Below, piece by piece: positions 16,988-24,158 of a stretch of DNA of 26,162 bases. The position numbers and the translations under genes are program-made. Every line of letters begins with the position of its first letter. The stretch's first letter is position 1. The DNA is from Polyangia bacterium (GTDB taxonomy: Bacteria > Myxococcota_A > Polyangia > JAAYKL01): assembly GCA_050287845.1 (NCBI GenBank), contig JBNKCR010000035.1, positions 1 through 26,162 of the forward strand, in the 5' to 3' direction. The notes beneath the pieces were generated by a model. It ran no database searches and was not told where the DNA came from. It worked only from the letters and a program-made list of their open reading frames with translations.

Positions 16988-18481
16988 TCATTCGCCCCAG
17001 ACAAGATTATGGCGTCGAAATACTTCAGCAAGCCATTCGTGGTCATTTTCCATTTGCTCCATCGCCGAATCAAATGCCATGTTCTCTGTATCCGTTTTGT
17101 AAAAAAACCGCATCATCGTACCTGACATATGTTCCATGTCCTTGGCTGTCGGGGAGAATACGTATACCGATATATTAGGATTGGCTTCCTCCGCTTTGGT
17201 CACCATTTCGGCAAACCGGGTGCGTATCATGGATTTCACGGATTGTACCGTGTTGAACAGCCCGCCACGCCCGCTGACGTATCCTGCTTCCATGGACTGC
17301 ACCGGCCTGAGGGGATCCACACAAATTATCAGCGTCGCCCCATGCGCAACGGCAATATCAATATCGATGGTACGGGTAAAGATGCCATCCACATAATATC
17401 GATCCCCAATCTTCTCCGGATTATAGTACGGCGTCATGGCGCACGATGCCCGAACGGCGCTCGAAATGGGCACGTGATCCAGTCCGGGCGTTCCAAAGGA
17501 TACATGACTTCCCTCATCCTGATCAGTCGCACCGATAAACAACTTCTTCTCCAGGGCCAGAAAATCGTTTTTCATTCCGGCTCGGGTAAACGAATTTTCC
17601 AGATACTCCCGCAATTTTTCTCCCGAGAACATGGCTGTTGGCGTGACCCGCATGGCGCTGTCAAACGGTCTCGTAATCCAGCGTCCCTTCCAGAAATCTC
17701 CGATGGAACTGAGAATGCGTTTACTGAGTTCGCTCACATTCGGATCGAACAGCATCCCGCGGGTAATGGGCTCTACCCGACTGGGCCGGCCATAGAGTGC
17801 GTTGGCAATCTCATATGGTCTGACGCCGTTCGCAAGAAACGCACCAATTACAGCCCCGGCGGAGATGCCGCTGATAATATCCACATCCGGAAGTTTGCCT
17901 TTCAGTCTGGAATCCAATGCGCGCAGCACACCAATCTCCCAGAACATCCCCTCTATTCCGCCACCGGCAAGGCACAGGGCGACTTTCCCGGGTGCAGAAG
18001 GTCTTGAAACCCGATAGGCCGTCTGAAGCACATCCTGGATACTTTTCGGCGCCACGAGGATGCCCCCGATCTGCAGAACGCCGAGAGCGTAGGAATGATA
18101 TGGTGTATGCTGGTTGCGGGGCAAAAGAATCAGAATCGACGACCGCGATGGCGTTTTCCGGTGTCCGTCGCCAGTCAGCAAATCCGGAAGGATGCGACCC
18201 GCCAGCGACGCTTCAATGCCAACAGACAGATCTTCACACCGATGATCTATCAGAATGGCCCCCATGGGTCTGGACTTGGCAATCGCTATCTCTTCAGCTG
18301 AATCCGTAAGCAGATGACACACCAGTTTGCGATCTTCGGGCAATTCCAGAAGCACCCCTCCCTTGAAATCCGGCTTTTTTTCAGAAGGTGCCAGAAACGG
18401 GTGCAACTCCCTTTTCATCTCGGCCAATCCATGGGCCGACACAAAAAGCGCCACCCTGGCAAATGACGTTTTCTCCCGCAT
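16988..18481 (-). CDS. Patatin-like phospholipase with an extra N-terminal domain
   Basis: Oxyanion LAGGGIEG, nucleophile GISAG (GxSxG), ASCA..P and YVDGI (DGx). GGAGG RBS precedes ATG 18481. Confidence 0.9.
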   Translation of the reverse strand: MREKTSFARVALFVSAHGLAEMKRELHPFLAPSEKKPDFKGGVLLELPEDRKLVCHLLTDSAEEIAIAKSRPMGAILIDHRCEDLSVGIEASLAGRILPDLLTGDGHRKTPSRSSILILLPRNQHTPYHSYALGVLQIGGILVAPKSIQDVLQTAYRVSRPSAPGKVALCLAGGGIEGMFWEIGVLRALDSRLKGKLPDVDIISGISAGAVIGAFLANGVRPYEIANALYGRPSRVEPITRGMLFDPNVSELSKRILSSIGDFWKGRWITRPFDSAMRVTPTAMFSGEKLREYLENSFTRAGMKNDFLALEKKLFIGATDQDEGSHVSFGTPGLDHVPISSAVRASCAMTPYYNPEKIGDRYYVDGIFTRTIDIDIAVAHGATLIICVDPLRPVQSMEAGYVSGRGGLFNTVQSVKSMIRTRFAEMVTKAEEANPNISVYVFSPTAKDMEHMSGTMMRFFYKTDTENMAFDSAMEQMENDHEWLAEVFRRHNLVWGE

Positions 18482-18580
18482 ATCCACGTCCTCCAATTTC
18501 GGCAGATACTGTAATATCTGCTGCCAATATAGCAGTTTGCCCGCTATTGGGATGAAATTATTGTATTTATTAAAAACGAA

Positions 18581-18607
18581 TATATAAATTCATTTTGAAT
18601 TTATATA
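18581..18607. promoter_or_regulatory. Perfect 12-bp inverted repeat (operator-like) in the divergent patatin/PC4 promoter region
   Basis: TATATAAATTCA-TTT-TGAATTTATATA. Confidence 0.6.
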
Positions 18608-18653
18608 AACATTGTGATACCATGTCCAAAATTATTCACCAATGGGAGGACGT

Positions 18654-18893
18654 ATGTCTGAAGATAAAGTGCTGTATAGCTTCAAACGCAACCCAACTGA
18701 AGAAGTTCGCGCCGGAGTGAAAGAGTTCAAAGGCAAAGCATACATCGATATTCGCATTTACTACATGGATGACCAGGGTGAATGGAAACCCACTCGCAAA
18801 GGCGTCTCTCTGGCAACGGATTTTATGCCTGAACTGAAAGAAGCAGTGGCCGCCATTGACGCCGAACTGGCCAAAATGGAGTCTGCTGAATAG
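18654..18893 (+). CDS. PC4/YdbC family (transcriptional coactivator p15-like) ssDNA-binding protein
   Basis: EEVR....EFKGKAYIDIRIYY....GEWKPTRKGVSL signature. GGAGG RBS before ATG 18654. Confidence 0.9.
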   Translation: MSEDKVLYSFKRNPTEEVRAGVKEFKGKAYIDIRIYYMDDQGEWKPTRKGVSLATDFMPELKEAVAAIDAELAKMESAE

Positions 18894-19007
18894 CAACCCC
18901 GAGCCAGTAAGACCGTATTGCCTGCAAATGCCATTTCAGTGAAAAGGCCAATATCCGTTCGCCCGCAACATTGCGCTGACTTCGGACATTTTAACCGTTC
19001 CTGAATG

Positions 19008-19084
19008 TACTTTCGACGGAAACGCCCCCACTCCACAAAGGCGTCGAAAGTAAATTTACTCAATTTATAAATTTACCAAATTTA
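19008..19084. promoter_or_regulatory. Inverted repeat plus clustered AT-rich palindromes upstream of purL
   Basis: TACTTTCGACG (19008-18) pairs with CGTCGAAAGTA (19042-52). Palindromes AGTAAATTTACT (19049-60) and AATTTATAAATT (19062-73). AATTTA occurs at 19053, 19062, 19070 and 19079. Confidence 0.5.
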
Positions 19085-19161
19085 AGCTGGTCACAGACAC
19101 CACTTTTCCATATACCCGCAATGTGAAATGCGTTCTGCAACTGTACGGCTGAGGAGGAAGA

Positions 19162-22146
19162 ATGCCCCATCGCATAGAAATAAAACTCAAAAGTGGTTAC
19201 AACGATGCCAACGGCGACCGGACAGCTTCTGAAATCCAGAGTTATCTGGGACTTCACGTTGATGGCGTTAAAGTAATTGATGTGTATACCATTGATGCGG
19301 AACTCGACAATGATTCCCTGACCGCCATGGCGGAAGAATTGTGTGACCCGATCATTCAGGAGTGGGGCGTCGATAGCCCGAAAGCAACTGATTTCAACTG
19401 GCTGGTTGAAGTGGCATATCGCCCCGGTGTCACGGACAACATCGGCAGAACCGCCACGGAATCCGCTAGAATGATTCTCCCGGAAGCGTTTGGAAAAGGT
19501 GACAGAATCTATACGTCACGGCAATATCTCATATCAGGGGCTCTGGCGCGCGACGAAGTGGAAAGCATCGCCACCGGACTGCTGTGCAACACGCTGATTC
19601 AGCGTCATCGCATTGCCTCTGAAGATGAATTCGATTGGCAAAACGGCATGGCTGTTGAAGTGCCGAAAGTGACCGAATTCGCAGACCCCGAAGCAAAAAC
19701 CATTGATTTGAATATTTCCGATGAAGCGCTGGTGCAACTGAGCCGGGAAATGACACTCGCACTGTCGCTGGAAGAAATGAAAGTGATTCAGGAATACTAT
19801 CGAAAGCCTGAAGTTCAGGCGTTGCGCACCGAAAAAGGATTGCCGGAAGCGCCCACTGATGTGGAAATCGAAGTGTTCGCCCAAACGTGGTCGGAGCACT
19901 GTAAACACAAAATATTCAGCGCAAATATCGAATACGTCAACGGCGAGGAAAAAGAATCCATATCGTCGCTGTATAAATCTTATATTCAAGCCACTACAAA
20001 AGAGGTCCGTGCGCTGCTCGGAGCGGAAGACTACTGTCTCTCTGTGTTCAAGGATAACGCCGGTGTCTGGAAATTCACCGACGACTGGAATGTGGTATTC
20101 AAAGTCGAGACCCACAACTCTCCATCGGCATTGGATCCGTATGGTGGCGCCCTGACCGGAATTGTTGGTGTGAACAGGGATCCCCATGGTACCGGCAAGG
20201 GCTCCAGTCTGTTCTGCAATACAGATGTATTCTGCCTTGCGAATCCATTCCACCACGGAGAACTGCCCCCCAGACTCCTTCATCCGCGACGCGTGATGGA
20301 AGGAGTTCGAGAAGGGGTGGAGCACGGTGGAAACAAGAGCGGGATTCCCACGGTGAACGGTTCTCTGGTTTTTGAAGAAAGATTTCTGGGTAAGCCGCTG
20401 GTCTTCTGCGGTACCGGCGGCATCATGCCCTCTCAGATCAATGGCGAACCGTCCCACGAAAAACGAGCCTTTCCCGGTGACCGGGTCATCATGGTGGGCG
20501 GTCGAATCGGCAAGGATGGTATCCACGGCGCCACTTTCTCTTCTGAGGAGCTCCATGAAGGGTCTCCCGCAACAGCGGTGCAGATTGGCGATCCCATTAC
20601 GCAGAAGCGTATGACCGACTTTTTGCTCCGCGCCCGCGACGAAGGCCTGATGACCTGCCTGACCGACAACGGTGCAGGAGGACTTTCTTCATCCATCGGA
20701 GAAATGGCGGAAGACCCCGGTGGCGCACGTATTGAACTGGCGCACGCACCATTGAAATATCAGGGCCTGCAGCCCTGGGAAATTTACATTTCCGAAGCGC
20801 AGGAACGGATGACTGCGGCGGTTTCCCCCGAAAAACTCGACCGTTTCATTGCCCTTGCAACCGAAATGGGGGTCGAAGCCACAGATTTGGGGGAATATAC
20901 CGAAGGCCCCTGGCTCGAACTGTTTTACAATGGCAATCCGGTAGCCATCTTCGATATGGAATTTCTCCACAAAGGATTGCCCCAGATGAATCTCAAAGCC
21001 ATCTGGCAGACGCCGAAAGAGGAGAACACGGCGATTCCCGCCCGCAATGATTTAAATGCAGATCTCGTTTCAATGCTGGGGCGCCTGGACATCTGTTCCA
21101 AGGAGTACTGGGTCCGACAATATGACCATGAGGTTCAGGGGGGCTCAGTGGTGAAACCCCTTTGCGGCGCAGAACATGACGGTCCGTCGGACGCAGCTGT
21201 GGTTCGCCCCATTCTGGAGTCCATGAAAGGCGTGGCGGTTTCCCACGGAATCTGCCCCAGATATTCCGATATTGACACCTATCACATGAGTGCCTGCGCG
21301 GTGGATGAAGCCATGAGAAATCTGGTATGTGTGGGTGCGAACCCCGACAAGGTCGCCGCACTGGACAATTTCTGCTGGTGTGATCCGGTGCAATCCCCCG
21401 GAAACCCCGACGGGGAATACAAGCTGGCGCAGCTTGTCCGTTCCGCCAAAGCGCTGAAAGACGTATGCGTTGCGTACCGTATGCCACTGGTTTCCGGTAA
21501 AGACAGTATGAAAAACGATTACTCCATCGGCGATACCAGAATTTCAATTCCACCGACTTTGCTGGTCACCGCGGTCGGTGAACTCAATGATGCATCTCTG
21601 GCGGTAACCATGGACGCCAGGAAAGCCGGGGATCTGGTGTACCTGCTAGGGGATACCTTCAACGAACTTGGAAAATCTCAATATTTCGATATGCTGGGTA
21701 TAACTGGCGGCAATGTCCCCAAACTCCGGGACCCGGAAAAAACCATTCAAACTTACCGATGGCTGTACCGCGCCATCCGAAGCAAACTGGTGGCATCCTG
21801 CCACGACCTGTCCGATGGGGGGCTGGGGGTTGCAGCGGCGGAAACCGCGTTTTCCGGCAATCTCGGAATGACCCTTGATTTGCGCAATGTCTCCGGTGAA
21901 GTGGATGGCAACGAAATCGCGCTGTTCAGCGAAAGCCCGGGCCGTATTCTCGTTACTGTCTCTCCCGCTGCAAAGGATGCATTTGAAGTGATGATGGGGG
22001 ATTCGGTGAAACGCATTGGGGAAGTCAGTGCGAAAACGCGCCTGAAAATAACCGGTCTGAACGGCGACCCCATTGTGGACGCCGATGTGAAGGCATTGAA
22101 AGAATCCTGGCAGCAAACCCTTCGATTCAGTGAGGTTTCCAAATGA
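19162..22146 (+). CDS. purL: Phosphoribosylformylglycinamidine synthase, synthetase subunit with fused N-terminal PurS-like region
   Basis: QTWSEHCKHKIF, KVETHNSPS, GGRIGKDGIHGA, VQIGDP, DNGAGG, SEAQERM, QYDHEV, SGKDS, HDLSDGG and LFSES motifs. The N-terminal ~150 aa (YRPGVTDN, LCDPIIQ, LCNTLIQ) is PurS-like. Confidence 0.96.
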   Translation: MPHRIEIKLKSGYNDANGDRTASEIQSYLGLHVDGVKVIDVYTIDAELDNDSLTAMAEELCDPIIQEWGVDSPKATDFNWLVEVAYRPGVTDNIGRTATESARMILPEAFGKGDRIYTSRQYLISGALARDEVESIATGLLCNTLIQRHRIASEDEFDWQNGMAVEVPKVTEFADPEAKTIDLNISDEALVQLSREMTLALSLEEMKVIQEYYRKPEVQALRTEKGLPEAPTDVEIEVFAQTWSEHCKHKIFSANIEYVNGEEKESISSLYKSYIQATTKEVRALLGAEDYCLSVFKDNAGVWKFTDDWNVVFKVETHNSPSALDPYGGALTGIVGVNRDPHGTGKGSSLFCNTDVFCLANPFHHGELPPRLLHPRRVMEGVREGVEHGGNKSGIPTVNGSLVFEERFLGKPLVFCGTGGIMPSQINGEPSHEKRAFPGDRVIMVGGRIGKDGIHGATFSSEELHEGSPATAVQIGDPITQKRMTDFLLRARDEGLMTCLTDNGAGGLSSSIGEMAEDPGGARIELAHAPLKYQGLQPWEIYISEAQERMTAAVSPEKLDRFIALATEMGVEATDLGEYTEGPWLELFYNGNPVAIFDMEFLHKGLPQMNLKAIWQTPKEENTAIPARNDLNADLVSMLGRLDICSKEYWVRQYDHEVQGGSVVKPLCGAEHDGPSDAAVVRPILESMKGVAVSHGICPRYSDIDTYHMSACAVDEAMRNLVCVGANPDKVAALDNFCWCDPVQSPGNPDGEYKLAQLVRSAKALKDVCVAYRMPLVSGKDSMKNDYSIGDTRISIPPTLLVTAVGELNDASLAVTMDARKAGDLVYLLGDTFNELGKSQYFDMLGITGGNVPKLRDPEKTIQTYRWLYRAIRSKLVASCHDLSDGGLGVAAAETAFSGNLGMTLDLRNVSGEVDGNEIALFSESPGRILVTVSPAAKDAFEVMMGDSVKRIGEVSAKTRLKITGLNGDPIVDADVKALKESWQQTLRFSEVSK

Positions 22147-22955
22147 GTAGAGTACGTGCAATCGTTCTGGCTGGGAACGGAATCAATTGTGAAAAAGAAA
22201 CCGCATACGCCTGCAGATTGGCGGGTGCGGATGATGTGGATATTGTGTATCTGTGGGATCTGGCTGCAGGAGAAGCCACCCTTGACGGATATCAGCTGGT
22301 GTGTTGCCCCGGTGGATTTCTGGATGGAGACGACCTGGGCAGTGCACGGGCGTCCACCATCCGTCTTCGCCATACTCAGATTAATGGCAAATCCCTGTTG
22401 GATCAGTTTCGGGAACATGTGGAAAAAGGGGGATTGATTCTGGGCATCTGCAACGGCTTCCAGCTGATGATTAAACTTGGACTCCTGCCCGCACTCGATG
22501 GCCAGGTCGGTGTTCCACAGGCCACACTCACATGGAATAACTCCGGTCGGTTCGAGGATCGCTGGGTGACCTTGAAGGCAGACCCGGAGTCACCGTGTAT
22601 TTTTACCAGAGGCATTGAAATGATGGAATTGCCTGTACGCCATGGCGAAGGGCAGATTGTTGCGCCTGAGGATACCATGGCGACCATTGTTGCCCGGCAC
22701 CAGGGGCCTCTTGTATATATTCATCCTCAAACTGGCGCAGCTACCGAAGAATATCCGCTCAACCCCAATGGCACGCGATACGGTATCGCCGCACTGAGTG
22801 ACAGCACCGGCCGTCTGTTTGGCCTGATGCCACACCCGGAGGCATTTCTGCATCGCACCAATCATCCCCGTTGGACCCGGGAAAACCTGCCTGAAGAAGG
22901 AGACGGCCTGCAGATTTTTAAAAATGCCGTGAACTATATTCGGGAAAACATGTAG
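22143..22955 (+). CDS. purQ: Phosphoribosylformylglycinamidine synthase glutaminase subunit
   Basis: GINCE, PGGFLDGD, GICNGFQ (catalytic Cys), HGEG and MPHPE motifs. ATGA overlap with purL. Confidence 0.96.
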   Translation: MSRVRAIVLAGNGINCEKETAYACRLAGADDVDIVYLWDLAAGEATLDGYQLVCCPGGFLDGDDLGSARASTIRLRHTQINGKSLLDQFREHVEKGGLILGICNGFQLMIKLGLLPALDGQVGVPQATLTWNNSGRFEDRWVTLKADPESPCIFTRGIEMMELPVRHGEGQIVAPEDTMATIVARHQGPLVYIHPQTGAATEEYPLNPNGTRYGIAALSDSTGRLFGLMPHPEAFLHRTNHPRWTRENLPEEGDGLQIFKNAVNYIRENM

Positions 22956-23211
22956 CCGCGCGTCTGTTCGCTTCCGATCCGATCATTCTTTTTTTGAATA
23001 ATCATTACAGCTATGCTGCTACGTCATTCCGAGCAGCCTGCTCTCATATATCCCAAAAACCACTTTTTTTTTTCGCCACGCGTGTTTAAGTCGAAAACAG
23101 GCAGATTTTTTTAACTTTTTTTCCACATCAGGGAACTGAGAGGTCCTAGAGAGTTGCGTGCCTTCGTAAGGACACTGAACAATGAAATCACCTCGTTTTA
23201 AGGAGAAGACT

Positions 23212-24030
23212 ATGAACAAACTATTCATCCTCCTACTGGGATTGCTGCTGATATTGCCAGTAATGAATTCAGGCTGCGGCGATACAGGGAGCACAGCGGA
23301 TGGTTCCGATATCGATTCGGATACCGACACAGACACAGATTCAGACTCAGATTCAGACTCAGACTCAGACTCAGACTCAGACTCAGATTCAGACTCAGAC
23401 TCCGATTCAGATTCAGATTCAGACTCAGACTCAGACTCAGACTCAGATTCAGACTCAGACTCAGACTCAGACTCAGACTCAGACTCAGATTCAGATTCAG
23501 ACTCCGATACGGATACGGATACGGACTCCGACACCGATTCGGATACCGATACCGACACCGACGCAGATGATGCGTGCCAGTATGAGTGCCTGACCCATTG
23601 CGTGTCGTGGGGCGGCAACATGATGGATGGCACCTGCGACGACGGTCTGCGGTGCTGCGATGGTGCGACAGAACCGGACACATTCTCGGATACGGATACC
23701 GACACCGATACCGATACCGACACAGATACAGATACGGATACAGATACAGATACGGATACAGATACAGATACGGACACTGACACTGACACAGACACCGACA
23801 CCGATGTGGATACCGGTACACCGGATTGCACCAGCTGTCACAACCCGTTACCCCCCATTGTCAGTACGGGAAGAGGCAATGTGCACGACGACAACGCGCA
23901 CTCCCGCTTTTCGTGCAACAATCCGAGCTGCCATGGCGATGCCATCAACGCGGATGGCACTGCTATTGTAAATCAGGCTCTTCACGACGATGCCGTCAAT
24001 GCCAGCTGCAACAATCCCGGGTGCCACTGA
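23212..24030 (+). CDS. Lipoprotein with DS and DT repeat stalks and a C-terminal putative triheme c-type cytochrome domain (CXXCH plus 2x CX4CH)
   Basis: AAGGAG RBS; signal [22 protein letters not shown]; (DS)28; a 6-Cys module; (DT)19; then CTSCH (23827-41), CNNPSCH (23914-34) and CNNPGCH (24007-27). Confidence 0.8.
   Translation: MNKLFILLLGLLLILPVMNSGCGDTGSTADGSDIDSDTDTDTDSDSDSDSDSDSDSDSDSDSDSDSDSDSDSDSDSDSDSDSDSDSDSDSDSDSDSDSDTDTDTDSDTDSDTDTDTDADDACQYECLTHCVSWGGNMMDGTCDDGLRCCDGATEPDTFSDTDTDTDTDTDTDTDTDTDTDTDTDTDTDTDTDTDTDTDVDTGTPDCTSCHNPLPPIVSTGRGNVHDDNAHSRFSCNNPSCHGDAINADGTAIVNQALHDDAVNASCNNPGCH
23338..23505 (+). repeat. Hexanucleotide coding repeat GAYTCM x28 encoding (Asp-Ser)28
   Basis: Read directly as GACTCA/GATTCA units with occasional GACTCC. 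Confidence 0.95.
23689..23802 (+). repeat. Hexanucleotide coding repeat GAYACN x19 encoding (Asp-Thr)19
   Basis: Read directly; third codon positions vary synonymously. Confidence 0.95.
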
Positions 24031-24158
24031 TTTTTTAAACCAACCATTTTTTGAGCTTCTTTTCAGTGGATGATTCACCATCTTCCTGTACGTTGGATTG
24101 AACCAATGTCTTGTGGATCCTGCCTGAAATTTTTCAGGAGGAGAGCGGGAAATCATTC

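Noticed and set aside
16988..18893. Patatin plus PC4 as an anti-phage (CBASS/CapV-like) system
   Set aside because: No CD-NTase or other defence genes are nearby. The two genes are divergent and sit beside purL.
19162..22955. Absence of a separate purS gene
   Set aside because: This is explained by the PurS-like N-terminal extension of the 994-aa PurL, a known arrangement.
23338..23802. Repeat tracts as a CRISPR array or non-coding satellite
   Set aside because: They are 6-nt units with no spacers, in frame within a signal-peptide-bearing ORF, and they vary only at synonymous positions.
23019..23831. Antisense and alternate-frame ORFs with (SE)n, (SV)n, (QT)n and (LS)n repeats
   Set aside because: These are stop-free shadows of the DS/DT hexamer repeats. 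Only the + strand D-S/D-T frame has an RBS, lipobox and heme motifs.
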